Source: a virus
Virus record (IMG/VR): IMGVR_UViG_3300045988_125731
Location: 23,536 to 87,535 of that record
Strand: one strand, 5' to 3'
DNA: 64,000 nt
Position numbers and translations under genes: made by a program. Shown piece by piece: positions 9,978 through 20,576 of this stretch (position 1 is its first letter; each line of letters begins with the position of its first letter). Below the pieces are notes generated by a model. The model ran no database searches and was not told the DNA's origin. It worked only from the letters and a program-made list of their open reading frames with translations.

Positions 9978-12900
9978 ATGGCTAATAAAATAACTGGCAC
10001 TAATTATTATATATCCAGTGGAATACAGATTACTACAACTGCTCAAGATATTCAAGAACAACTTAATAAACTTAGTGCAGATAAAGTTTTGGCAACTGGA
10101 ATTCGACTTAAGTTTAGTACTACTGGGTTACGAAGTGGTTTTAATACAGCAATTAGGAATGTATTAAAAAATTCTAATTTAGGTTATATGGCAGGACTTG
10201 CTCCAGGTAGTGGCAGTGGTGGAAGTGGTATTGCTAGTAAAGTAGCAACTCCTATAAGTCCTATTGATGGACTTAATAAAGATGATGTTTCTAAGATGGG
10301 AATTCTTGAACAATTTTCTACTACTAGTAGATTTTCTTTAAAGAAACCACCTTCAGTTACTGAAATGTATAAATATCAGCAAAATTTAAATACCACTATT
10401 AGAGCCACTTTTAAAGAGGGACAGGGGTTAATTTCTTTAACTAAAACTCTTACTACTAGAGCAAGTGATACTACTAGAAGATATGAAGAGTTAAAGATTA
10501 GACTAAATAATTTACGTAAAATTGGCAAACTTTCTAAAGTTCAGTTTAGACGTTTTACTGATGAATTAGAGGCTACCAATCAACTTACAGGCAAAGATAA
10601 ACTAGAAGCATTAAGAAAAATTCAAACAGAACTTGCCGATATTAGCAAACGCAGTCAGTCTTGGCTTGGTATATTTAAGCAGAATCTACAAAAGTTTACA
10701 TCTTGGATAACTATTACTGTTGGTTTCTTTGGTATTATTAATTCTATTAAGAAACTAGTAAAAGAAGTGAAAGCCGTTGATGATGCAATGGTCGAACTTA
10801 ATAAAGTTGCCGACCTTTCACAAACGCAAATCGCTAAAGTTCAAAAAGACGCAAATGCTTTGGCTTCTAGGGTATCCACAACTGCTGACGAAGCGTTAAG
10901 AGCGGTAGCACAATTTAAAAAGGCTGGTTATAGTTTAGACCAATCGTTTATCTTAGCAGAAACTGCTTTACGTACTGTTAATGTAGCAGATGGAATAGAA
11001 AATGCAGAAGATGCCGCAACTTCTCTTATTGCAATCTTAAGAGGTTTCAATATGGAGGCTACTGAAGTTGGTCGAGTTCTAGACGTATTAAATCATATAT
11101 CTAATAATTTCGCCGTCGATGTTAATAATTTAACTGACGGTATGCAAAGAATATCAGCCGTTATGGCACAGACTGGAACTTCTTACGAAGAAACTATTGG
11201 TCTTTTAACTGGTGGCTTTGAAATTTTAAGAAATTCTGAAGTAGTCAGTCAAGGTCTAAATACAATTTCACAAAGAATGCGTAGAGTAACTGAAGATGGA
11301 CAAGACAATAGTCAAGTAATATCTAAGATAGAAGAAGGTTTGTATAAATATACTAGGGGAGCAGTTTCAGTTTACGACAAGCAAACTGGAGAGCTTCGTT
11401 CTACTTATGATGTATTAGCTGACCTTGCTACTGTGTGGGATACTTTATCATCTTTATCACAATCTTATATTACTGAATTGTTAGCTGGTAATAGACAAAA
11501 TAAAGTTTTAGCAGCTATTATGAGCAACTGGGCAAATGTTCAAAAAGTTGTTGCAGAAAGTGCTTATGCTTATGGCTCAGCTAAGGAAGAAGAACAAAAA
11601 GTTTTACAAAGTGTTCAAGGTAAGTTAAATGCGTTAAAACAAGCTATTCAAGAATTTGCTCTAAGAAGTTTAACTTCAGACACAGAAAAAGGAATACTAG
11701 ATATATTAACTAGTATTGTTAAATTTGGGACTGATTTAGGGGGCTTATTCAAGATTTTAGGGCGTTTGGGCATAATTATACTAGCTTGGAAACTACCTCA
11801 AATTATACTCCTTATTAGCTCTTTAAGAACAAATGTTATTAGACTAACTACTGAGATTAACGGTCTTACTTATCAATACCAAGTAATGACGGTTATGGGC
11901 AAAGAATATGTTATTGCCGAACGTAGTTATGGAGAGGTTACTAATGCAGCAACCAATACAGTTAATGGGTTAACCGCTTCCTTAAAACATATATCTATAG
12001 TTATAACAGCTTTAATTGCAGTTTATACAGCTATTCAATTTATAGATTCTCGTATTACAGAGTCTATGAAAAAAGAAGCAGAAGAAGCTGAAAAATTCTA
12101 TGATAAGAATAAATCTCAATACGATACTCTAATGAGTAATTATGATGAATATATTAAACTTATCACAAAAACTGACGCTACTGCTTCTGAAGTAAATAAA
12201 TTAAATGTATTAGAAAAGCAATTTGCTCTTTATGGAATAGATAATGAAATAGCTCAATTAGGAACTAGAACCGATAAGATTGAAGCAATTGCTGACATTA
12301 TAAGACAACAAGCTTTAGCAAGACAAAAAGTAGTAGAAGATACTGCTAATGCTATGGCTGTTAACAAACTTCCAAGTTATTGGTATAATGCTACACAAAG
12401 TTCTGCGGGTAAAGGTAGAATACACGCATTTCAGGAAGCTTCTTTTGAAGAAAAAATAAAAATGCTTAGGAGTATGGCTTCTAATGAGAATATTAGTGCA
12501 TCGCATAGGGACGAATGGCAAGCCGCTTTAGAATATTACGAACAACTTTACAATGAATGGAAACAATTAGGCTTAGCCGCTGACCTTGAAGGTAATCCTA
12601 AGATTATAGAATTACGTACTAAAATAGGAGAGTTTTTAAATGCTGCTGATTTTTCTTTAGATAAAACAAAAGAAACCCAACTTACTATGTATAAATCTAT
12701 TGACGCCTTAGTTGCTGATATAGAAAAAGAACTTAGTGATGGTTCTTTAAGTGGAGAGGCTCAGCTTTATATAGAGTCTTTACTAAAGGCTTACCAAGAG
12801 CAACTTGATATTGTTTTAAATAAAGACTATGCTTTTGAATACTTAGGAGATAAATTGCAAGAACTTAAAGATATTCAAAGCAATAGAGAAAAAGAATTAG

Positions 12901-13538
12901 AGCGACAAGAAAAATTAAAAGCTATTGAAGAAGCTAGACAAAAACTAGCTGAAGCCGAAAGAACTCATATGCTAGTACGCACTAAAGAAGGTTGGCGTTA
13001 TATAGTTGAAAAGAGTACCTTAGAAGAAGCTCAGGCAGAATTAGATAGTGCTTTAAAAAATGCAGGGCTAGATGATTTATCTCAGGCTATTGCTGGAATA
13101 GAGGCATTACGTAGTATCTATTCTCTTGCTAGTGGTTCTGTATTAGATAATATGAGAACGTATTTTAGAGAGGCAGGAAATTTATCTAATTGGCTCGCTT
13201 CTGATTGGGAAAGTAAATTAAAAACTTTAGATAGTTTTGGCGACCCAGAATTATCAAAGAAATATTATGATTCACAAAAAAATTCTACAGCAACAGGAAT
13301 AGACCTAAGTAAATTCTTTGGTTTAGGTAGAACTGGTGGCTATGTAGGAGATAGTCCTAATAAGAATTTAACTTCTATAGATACAAATAAATCACAAGCA
13401 ATTCTTTCTGCTATAAGAGAGAAAGCAAAAAATATTATTTTAAATATTGATGAATTAGATTTGCCAGGCGTAACTAATGCTTCACAATTAGTTGCTGCTT
13501 TGACAAGTTATGCTTATCAAAAAGCGTCTAATAAATAG
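9978..13538 (+). CDS. tail tape measure protein, copy 1 (TP901-family core domain)
   Basis: 1186 aa. GAAAGGAGGT RBS. TP901-type TMP core (AVAQFKKAGY, DLLNH.SNNFAVD, ISAVMAQ.GTS.EET, AGNRQNK). Internal hydrophobic segments and coiled-coil regions. Confidence 0.85.
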   Translation: MANKITGTNYYISSGIQITTTAQDIQEQLNKLSADKVLATGIRLKFSTTGLRSGFNTAIRNVLKNSNLGYMAGLAPGSGSGGSGIASKVATPISPIDGLNKDDVSKMGILEQFSTTSRFSLKKPPSVTEMYKYQQNLNTTIRATFKEGQGLISLTKTLTTRASDTTRRYEELKIRLNNLRKIGKLSKVQFRRFTDELEATNQLTGKDKLEALRKIQTELADISKRSQSWLGIFKQNLQKFTSWITITVGFFGIINSIKKLVKEVKAVDDAMVELNKVADLSQTQIAKVQKDANALASRVSTTADEALRAVAQFKKAGYSLDQSFILAETALRTVNVADGIENAEDAATSLIAILRGFNMEATEVGRVLDVLNHISNNFAVDVNNLTDGMQRISAVMAQTGTSYEETIGLLTGGFEILRNSEVVSQGLNTISQRMRRVTEDGQDNSQVISKIEEGLYKYTRGAVSVYDKQTGELRSTYDVLADLATVWDTLSSLSQSYITELLAGNRQNKVLAAIMSNWANVQKVVAESAYAYGSAKEEEQKVLQSVQGKLNALKQAIQEFALRSLTSDTEKGILDILTSIVKFGTDLGGLFKILGRLGIIILAWKLPQIILLISSLRTNVIRLTTEINGLTYQYQVMTVMGKEYVIAERSYGEVTNAATNTVNGLTASLKHISIVITALIAVYTAIQFIDSRITESMKKEAEEAEKFYDKNKSQYDTLMSNYDEYIKLITKTDATASEVNKLNVLEKQFALYGIDNEIAQLGTRTDKIEAIADIIRQQALARQKVVEDTANAMAVNKLPSYWYNATQSSAGKGRIHAFQEASFEEKIKMLRSMASNENISASHRDEWQAALEYYEQLYNEWKQLGLAADLEGNPKIIELRTKIGEFLNAADFSLDKTKETQLTMYKSIDALVADIEKELSDGSLSGEAQLYIESLLKAYQEQLDIVLNKDYAFEYLGDKLQELKDIQSNREKELERQEKLKAIEEARQKLAEAERTHMLVRTKEGWRYIVEKSTLEEAQAELDSALKNAGLDDLSQAIAGIEALRSIYSLASGSVLDNMRTYFREAGNLSNWLASDWESKLKTLDSFGDPELSKKYYDSQKNSTATGIDLSKFFGLGRTGGYVGDSPNKNLTSIDTNKSQAILSAIREKAKNIILNIDELDLPGVTNASQLVAALTSYAYQKASNK

Positions 13539-13552
13539 GAAAGGAGGTAGTT

Positions 13553-16500
13553 ATGGCACAATATAATTATTATGTTGGCGTTGGCGTTAAGATAGTAACA
13601 AGTCCTAAAGAGTTACGAGATTTGTTATCGAAATATAATGTAGCGGTTAATAATGTAAAAGTAAATTTTGATGTTGATTATATGGCTGCACAATTCAAAG
13701 CAGCGATAAAGAAAGCCCTAGGTAGTATTAGTGTAACTAATCTTGGAATAGATAATTCTACTAAGCCATTTAATATAAAAGATATTGAACCTAGTGCAAA
13801 ACTAGAAAGTTCAGTAAAAGCATATAATGAACTTGGTAAAGTTATTAAAGTAGTTAATACTTATGCTATTGGAACAAACAAAACATTAAAAGTTGTAACT
13901 GACGGCACGGGTAAATTAATATCTACTCAACAAACTTTAAAAACGCATAATACAGAAGCCAATATTGCGTTAAAAAATGTGCAAGAAAGATTTACATATT
14001 TTAAACAAAATGGTAAATTAACAGCACAACAAATTAACTACTTCACTCAAGAATTAAATAGAATCAGCAAATTAACAGGAAAAGAAAAGGTTGAAGCGAT
14101 TAAGGTATTCAATCGACAACTTTCTGACACAGGCAAAAGAGCGTTAAGTATTGGCGAACAGTTTAAAGAAGCGTTCAAGAAATTTATGGTCTGGTCTGCT
14201 GCTACAGTAACATTTGCAAGTTTAGTAAAAGCTATTAGGAGTATGATTCAAGAAATTAAAAAGCTTGATGATGCTATAGTTGAATTAAACAAAGTTGCTG
14301 ACTTAACTAACAAAGAATTAAGTGGCGTTATAGATAAAGCTAATGAACTAGCTGATAAAGTTTATAGCACCGCAGACCAAGCTTTGCTCGCCGTTGCTCA
14401 ATTTAAAAAAGCAGGTTATGAATTAAATCAATCTTTTGACTTAGCTGAAGTTGCTATAAGAATGACAAATGTTGCTGATGGTATTACAAATACTGAAGAA
14501 GCCGCTTCTTCTCTTATAGCAATATTAAAAGGCTTTGGACTAGAAGCGTCATCTGCTAATAGAGTTCTAGACCTTTTGAACCACACTTCAAATAACTTTG
14601 CGGTAGATACTGACGACTTAACCAACGGTATGACTAGAATTTCTGCTGTTATGGCTCAATCAGGCACTTCAATTGAAGAGACTATAGCGTTATTAACAGC
14701 GGTAACCGAAGTTATGCGTAATGCCGAAGTTGCGAGCCAAGGCTTGAATGCTATTTCACAAAGAATTAGAAAAGTTACAGAAGACGGCGAAGATAACACC
14801 AAGGTTATTGCTAAGATTCAGTCTGTATTTGATAAGTATGTTAAAGGTGTATCTGTATATGATGTTAATGGAGAATTACGTTCTACATATGACATTTTAG
14901 CAGACTTACAACCACGTTGGGCTGGATTAAGTTCAGAAGTAAAAGCATATGTTACAGAAGCAATTGCTGGTAATAGACAAAATAAAATTTTAGTTGCTTT
15001 AATGCAAAACTGGGAAACTGTTGATAAAGTAATAACAGAAAGTGCAAACGCTGCTGGTTCCGCAATTGAAGAAGAAGGTAAATTTGCTGACAGTGTACAA
15101 GGTAAATTAAATCAACTAAAGCAAGCGTGGAACGAACTTGCTCAAGCAACTTTAGATTCTAATCTTTTAAAATTCTTTATTGACGCAGGTAAGAGTGTTG
15201 TAAAATTAGCTACTTATCTTGGTGGACTACACAACGTTTTGTTTGCTATCTCGGGTTTAGTTGCAGGAATAAAACTTCCAGTAATAGTTAATTATGTTAT
15301 GGCTTTAACTAAAGGCTTTAGAGCTAATCACGTAGCTTCTGTAAGTAAAACAATTTCTACTAAAGCTGAAACGCAAGCCGTTAATGAAAACACTCAAGCA
15401 ATGCAATTGAATAATGCTGCTATGAATACAAATATTGCTTCTACCAATAAGCTTAGCAAAGCATTAAAAATAGCTTCTCTTGCAATCACAGGCATTACAA
15501 TAGTATGGAGTGCTGTTACAACTATTATTAATAAAATCAAGGCTGATATGGAAGAAGCGATTACCCTTGCTTCTGAAAATGCCACAAAACAAAAAGAGCG
15601 TTTTGATGAATTTTTGAAAGAGCGTGATGTATATCTTGAATACTCACAAACTATTAATAAAACCGCTAAAGAAATTACTGCATTAAATGCAGCCGAAAAG
15701 AACTTAGCAGAAACTTATGGCTTTGTATCTTCTCAAATGGACTTAGCAAATGATAGTCTAGATGCAAGAAAAGAAAAGTTAAAGGCTTTATTTAATGTTC
15801 AAAGAACAGAAGTTCAAAAGACTATTGACGCTTATCAAAAGCAGATTAATACTTTAGGCAAAAATACATCTGCTATTAGAAAAAGCGAACTATGGACTGG
15901 TACTCGAGCTATGTCTTTAGAAGAATATTTAAGTAAGCGAGAACGCACACTACTAAAGAATGTTCGTGCTAAGGGTGAACCTAAGTTTACTGTTGAAGAA
16001 ATTAGACAATTTAGAGAAGGTTGGACTAATACTTATAATCAGTTATTAAAAGAACTTCAAGGTAATGAAGCATATCAAGAAATTACTTCATTACAAAATC
16101 AAATTACAGCACTTCAAAAAGTTTACCAAGATGAGGAAGTATTTAATCTTAGTAATTTAATAGCACAATTTCAAGCACTTCCTACTTTTGCCTTAGAGCA
16201 AGGTACAGATATAGGAGATTTAGCAGATACACAAGTTAATTCTATTGCTACAATAGACGCTGTAATTGCCAAAGTTAAAGAACTTTTAAATTTGGAAAAC
16301 CAAACTCCTGAAGTTATACAGATGTTTAATAGTATTATTGAAAGATATACTACATTAAAAGAAACTATTGAGAAAACTGATTTTGCTTATAACACACTAG
16401 ATGAAAAGTTAAGTATTTTAAAGAAGATTCAAAGCGAACGAGAAGAAGAACTAAAGACAGAAGAAAAACTAAAAGCCGTAGAAGAAGCCAGACTTGCTTT

Positions 16501-17146
16501 AGCTAAGGCTCAAAATAAATATGTCTTAACTTATACTTCACAAGGTTGGCGATATGTAAAAGATGAATCTGCTATGCAATCAGCAACTGAACAACTTACC
16601 AAGGCTATTCAAGACGCTGGGTTAGATGATTTATCTCAAGCAATAAACGGCGTAGAGCAACTTCAAGAAATTTTGTCTACTATGACAGGAGATGAAAAGG
16701 ACGCTATGCTTGCTTATTATAGAGAAGCAGGTAAATTAGCCGATTGGCTTGAAATGGACTATGCTAGTAAACTTGCTGTTATAGATTCTATTGCAAGAAG
16801 TGCTGGATATGAAGGCTCTTATACTCAAGACTATTTTAACGAATGGGGAAAAACTGGAACTAGATTTGGCAATCTAACTCCTTATATTCCAAGTTCGCAT
16901 ACTGGTGGTGTAATTGGCGGAGTTCGCACCAATCCAAACGAACAAATTACTAAACTTCTTAAAGGAGAACTTGTATTAACTGAAGGACAACAAAAAGCCC
17001 TTGTAAATCAAATGGATAAACAAGGTGGTGGACTATCTATTAATATAGGTAATATTTCTACTAAGGAGCAAGATGTTGATGTTACTAATTTTATAGAACA
17101 AATTAAACAAATTGGTAGTATGCAACGAAGAACAAAGAGAATATAA
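13553..17146 (+). CDS. tail tape measure protein, copy 2 (paralog of copy 1)
   Basis: 1197 aa with its own AAAGGAGGTAG RBS. Same TP901 core motifs and same C-terminal block (GWRY...AGLDDLSQAI.G.E.L) as copy 1. Confidence 0.85.
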   Translation: MAQYNYYVGVGVKIVTSPKELRDLLSKYNVAVNNVKVNFDVDYMAAQFKAAIKKALGSISVTNLGIDNSTKPFNIKDIEPSAKLESSVKAYNELGKVIKVVNTYAIGTNKTLKVVTDGTGKLISTQQTLKTHNTEANIALKNVQERFTYFKQNGKLTAQQINYFTQELNRISKLTGKEKVEAIKVFNRQLSDTGKRALSIGEQFKEAFKKFMVWSAATVTFASLVKAIRSMIQEIKKLDDAIVELNKVADLTNKELSGVIDKANELADKVYSTADQALLAVAQFKKAGYELNQSFDLAEVAIRMTNVADGITNTEEAASSLIAILKGFGLEASSANRVLDLLNHTSNNFAVDTDDLTNGMTRISAVMAQSGTSIEETIALLTAVTEVMRNAEVASQGLNAISQRIRKVTEDGEDNTKVIAKIQSVFDKYVKGVSVYDVNGELRSTYDILADLQPRWAGLSSEVKAYVTEAIAGNRQNKILVALMQNWETVDKVITESANAAGSAIEEEGKFADSVQGKLNQLKQAWNELAQATLDSNLLKFFIDAGKSVVKLATYLGGLHNVLFAISGLVAGIKLPVIVNYVMALTKGFRANHVASVSKTISTKAETQAVNENTQAMQLNNAAMNTNIASTNKLSKALKIASLAITGITIVWSAVTTIINKIKADMEEAITLASENATKQKERFDEFLKERDVYLEYSQTINKTAKEITALNAAEKNLAETYGFVSSQMDLANDSLDARKEKLKALFNVQRTEVQKTIDAYQKQINTLGKNTSAIRKSELWTGTRAMSLEEYLSKRERTLLKNVRAKGEPKFTVEEIRQFREGWTNTYNQLLKELQGNEAYQEITSLQNQITALQKVYQDEEVFNLSNLIAQFQALPTFALEQGTDIGDLADTQVNSIATIDAVIAKVKELLNLENQTPEVIQMFNSIIERYTTLKETIEKTDFAYNTLDEKLSILKKIQSEREEELKTEEKLKAVEEARLALAKAQNKYVLTYTSQGWRYVKDESAMQSATEQLTKAIQDAGLDDLSQAINGVEQLQEILSTMTGDEKDAMLAYYREAGKLADWLEMDYASKLAVIDSIARSAGYEGSYTQDYFNEWGKTGTRFGNLTPYIPSSHTGGVIGGVRTNPNEQITKLLKGELVLTEGQQKALVNQMDKQGGGLSINIGNISTKEQDVDVTNFIEQIKQIGSMQRRTKRI

Positions 17147-17168
17147 TATAGAAAGGGTATAACATAAT

Positions 17169-17933
17169 ATGTCTTTAAATGCTCAAACAGGTAAAGAGAT
17201 TAGAGTTGCATTAGAGCAAGCATTAGATAATGTGCTTAGTGAAGCATATAAAACTTTGCCTTATGACAAAATCTATTATGGAATATTAATAGGCGTTGAT
17301 AGTCTGGGTATAAATTATACTCTTTCTATCAATGATAAAATTTATACTGATGTAAAGCGAATACAAAACTGTGGAGTTCTATCTATTGGAACTCCCGTTA
17401 TTTGTATGGCTCCACAAAATCAAATGACAAAACTTTTTATTCTTGGGGCTGTACAAACTACTACACAAACGGCTGGACAAATTACTCCTATTTTAATTAG
17501 TATTACAGATAGTGATATTAATAATGTAAATGGAGTATCAGTTCCTAGCGTTAGTGATTTAATTAATGAAAGTTTATTATTTACCAATCATATTAAATTA
17601 CAACTTCAATCAGGAGAGTATTTAAACCTTCCTTTTACAAGGAAAACCTCTAATAATGTATATTATAGTGCGGTTGTAGATGGACAACTTTGGACTTTAT
17701 ATACAAAGGGTGCTGAAAATAAAGTTTATATTACAAAATCTTCAATGGGTATTGACACGTACGACGCAACAGCTTCTGAGGCTGATATTGCATTAGATAA
17801 AACTGCTTATGCCCAAGGAGAAAAGATAACTGGTAATATTAATACTTATGATGGAAGTTATATTTTGGAAAAAAGAATAAATAATAAATTACGAAAGTTT
17901 ACGAAAATTAAACGTAAAACTAGGAAAATTTAG
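17169..17933 (+). CDS. tail protein (distal tail protein candidate by position)
   Basis: First gene after the TMPs. No motif recognised. Confidence 0.35.
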   Translation: MSLNAQTGKEIRVALEQALDNVLSEAYKTLPYDKIYYGILIGVDSLGINYTLSINDKIYTDVKRIQNCGVLSIGTPVICMAPQNQMTKLFILGAVQTTTQTAGQITPILISITDSDINNVNGVSVPSVSDLINESLLFTNHIKLQLQSGEYLNLPFTRKTSNNVYYSAVVDGQLWTLYTKGAENKVYITKSSMGIDTYDATASEADIALDKTAYAQGEKITGNINTYDGSYILEKRINNKLRKFTKIKRKTRKI

Positions 17934-17951
17934 AAAGGATTATATAATAAT

Positions 17952-18920
17952 ATGGCAACTTGTATAGTTAAAAGCTATGATGGCAATAAAATAATTGGTC
18001 AATTTGATAATGCTACAGGTATAGTTATTTCAAATAATGCTAATGGTGGTATTACTCAAGGCTCTACCTTAGTTTGTTCTTTACCATTCTTGCTAGGTTT
18101 ATCCACCTCTGCCAATGGAGCATTAAAGTATACGCCTAAAACAACCGCTCAAACGGTTACCGAAACTACTTTATATGCTTCAAGAGACCCTATTAAAATT
18201 AGTTTAGGAACTGGAACATATAGTTTAAGTACGCAAGACACTATTGTAAGAAATAATATTCAAGTTACAGTGGCTTCGGATGTTAAAAACCAATCAAAGA
18301 CTGTAACTCCTACAACTTCTCAACAAACTATTACTCCAGATAGTGGATATAGTGGTTTGAACCCTGTAATTGTTAACGCTATTCCTGCAAAATATAAAGA
18401 CACTTCTGACGCTACAATTGTAGATGGTTCTCAATTATTAACTGGATATACTGCGTATGGTCACAATGGCAAAGTTATTGGTTCTATGCCTAAAGCAACC
18501 TCTGGAGTATTAGTTAATAATGCCGCTGGTGTAATTATTCCTAAAGGATATTACGATGGCACTTTAAAAGCTACTGTTAATTTACAATCTAAAACAATAT
18601 CTCCAAAAGCAACTTCTCAAACTGTAACTCCAGACAGTGGACAATTCTTATCAAGCGTTACAGTTGACCCAATTCCTATTTCAAATTTAACTTATAGCAG
18701 TCAAGCTTCTTTAAACAAAGCCTTAGTTTTAGACTTTAGTAAGCAAGCGGCTGTTCACGACAATTATCAATCATTCTTCACAGCCGATGGATATTATGCT
18801 GACTCTATTGATGTTATGAGACCAGATACTCTTATCCCAGACAATATTCCAGCCGATGTTACAATTGCTGGTATTGCTGGTGGAATCCCAATTTACACAG
18901 GAGCGTATACTAAGAACTAA
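17952..18920 (+). CDS. tail fibre-like protein with internal repeats
   Basis: Internal repeat TVTPTTSQQTITPDSG / TISPKATSQTVTPDSG. C-terminal IPDNIPADVTIAGIAGG motif shared with the next gene. Confidence 0.4.
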   Translation: MATCIVKSYDGNKIIGQFDNATGIVISNNANGGITQGSTLVCSLPFLLGLSTSANGALKYTPKTTAQTVTETTLYASRDPIKISLGTGTYSLSTQDTIVRNNIQVTVASDVKNQSKTVTPTTSQQTITPDSGYSGLNPVIVNAIPAKYKDTSDATIVDGSQLLTGYTAYGHNGKVIGSMPKATSGVLVNNAAGVIIPKGYYDGTLKATVNLQSKTISPKATSQTVTPDSGQFLSSVTVDPIPISNLTYSSQASLNKALVLDFSKQAAVHDNYQSFFTADGYYADSIDVMRPDTLIPDNIPADVTIAGIAGGIPIYTGAYTKN

Positions 18921-19705
18921 TGGCAAAGAGTAAAGTAATAACTGTCAGTGAATTTTCAAATAGTACAGCGGCAAATAGTGCAAAGAGAATATCAGATATA
19001 AATAATATACAAATTTCCATCACTGAAAATGGTAGTTATACTTTACAAACTAAAGGCACAATCTGTCGTAAAGATGTTGATTTAATAGTTAATGTAGCTT
19101 CTGCTGGAATTACAGGAGTTAATCAAATTAATAATACACTCTTTATTGATAGTAGTTGTACCGCTACAAAAGCAACAAACCATTTAAATGGTAATGCAAG
19201 TGATGTGTATATTAATAGGTTGGATTATTGTGATGCTCTTTCTCATAAAACTTTCAATGATAAAGGGCTTGTCTATAACTTTATAGACGATTACGGGGGT
19301 GGAGCAGATGGAAGCAACGGAATAATTAAATTTTGTAACGGGTCTGAGGCTGATAACAACCTATATCAAGAAGGCTGTGGGGCGAGTCTACAGTTTACAG
19401 CAGGCGATAACTCTATACCTACTGTTGATATTTATGATAGAGATGGAAATCTTGTTGCATATATGCACGATGGCTTACTCGAGAATGTGAAGGAAATAAC
19501 CATCGATGATTTACATCTAGCCAGTGGTAATCAAATAATACAAGGGTTGGAATTTCAATATCAATCACAGGCAACTGGGACTAGTGGAGAGTGTCTTACC
19601 TATTATAGTAAAATTACAATAATTAAACCTAGCACGCTAATTCCAAGTAATATTAGAAAAGGTGTTACTATTGCAGGTGTAACTGGAACATATGAAGGAA
19701 ATTAA
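18920..19705 (+). CDS. tail fibre-like protein (shares C-terminal motif with 17952..18920)
   Basis: TAATG coupling. C-terminus STLIPSNIRKGVTIAGVTGTYEGN. Confidence 0.4.
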   Translation: MAKSKVITVSEFSNSTAANSAKRISDINNIQISITENGSYTLQTKGTICRKDVDLIVNVASAGITGVNQINNTLFIDSSCTATKATNHLNGNASDVYINRLDYCDALSHKTFNDKGLVYNFIDDYGGGADGSNGIIKFCNGSEADNNLYQEGCGASLQFTAGDNSIPTVDIYDRDGNLVAYMHDGLLENVKEITIDDLHLASGNQIIQGLEFQYQSQATGTSGECLTYYSKITIIKPSTLIPSNIRKGVTIAGVTGTYEGN

Positions 19706-19801
19706 TCTTATTTAGATTAGACAAATTAAACAAAAAGTTTAGTAATACTAAACAAAATTAAATAAAATATCATTTTAAATTCTCAAAGAAAGGAGAATAA
19801 A

Positions 19802-20569
19802 ATGGCAACTGAAAATTATAAAAGTTCATATACTGGCGTAGAAATTGATAATGCTTTTACAGCCATTAAGGCTCTTACAAATTATCTTAATGCTATAAGT
19901 TCTGCAACTGGTAAGGTTGACCCTAGTCTTATTAAAATTTTGGCTTCACAAATTAGTGGAGTAATTCCTTATGCTGATAGTGCTGGGACGTCAATAGATT
20001 CTGCTAATGCTTCTAACGCTAGAAAAGGAAGTGCTTTAGATTTACGTATTACAGATGTTGAAAATGGAATATCAGGTCTTGAAGATATAATCAATAATAG
20101 ACCTACAATAAGTAAGTTAGCAAACACTATTAATGATTTAACGACTTTATCAGACGTAAATATATATGACCTAGTTTTTGTTCAAGAAACTCAAAGTGTT
20201 TATATATATGGTCAAGGAGATAAAACAAAACTTACAGACTGGACGTGTGTATCAAAAGGAAATATAGCAGATACTACTTCTGGTGCTAAAACTATTGATT
20301 GCTCTCACGTGGCTTATTATAAGTTAAGTTCTCCAACAGCAATTACTTTAAAAGCAGTTGATTTAACAAAACTCCCACAAGGCGATAGAACTACAGTTAT
20401 CACATTCCCTACAACGCCAAGTATGACCTTTACTAATACTTTAGGAGTGTATTTTAAAGGTGATGATTGTGCTAATGGTGTATTTACTCCTGTCAATGCA
20501 GACGCTTTATATGAACTTAATATTTGGTATAATGGCTTTCAATGGTGTGGCACAGTTGTTAAATGGTAG
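19802..20569 (+). CDS. hypothetical tail/baseplate protein
   Basis: GAAAGGAGAATAAA ATG. Confidence 0.4.
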   Translation: MATENYKSSYTGVEIDNAFTAIKALTNYLNAISSATGKVDPSLIKILASQISGVIPYADSAGTSIDSANASNARKGSALDLRITDVENGISGLEDIINNRPTISKLANTINDLTTLSDVNIYDLVFVQETQSVYIYGQGDKTKLTDWTCVSKGNIADTTSGAKTIDCSHVAYYKLSSPTAITLKAVDLTKLPQGDRTTVITFPTTPSMTFTNTLGVYFKGDDCANGVFTPVNADALYELNIWYNGFQWCGTVVKW

Positions 20570-20576
20570 GTAAAGT

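Noticed and set aside
12315-15585. Minus-strand ORFs 12315..12521, 14428..14625, 14952..15149 and 15394..15585 inside the tape measure genes
   Set aside because: They are antisense to long, well-supported TMP reading frames and have no RBS. These are shadow ORFs.
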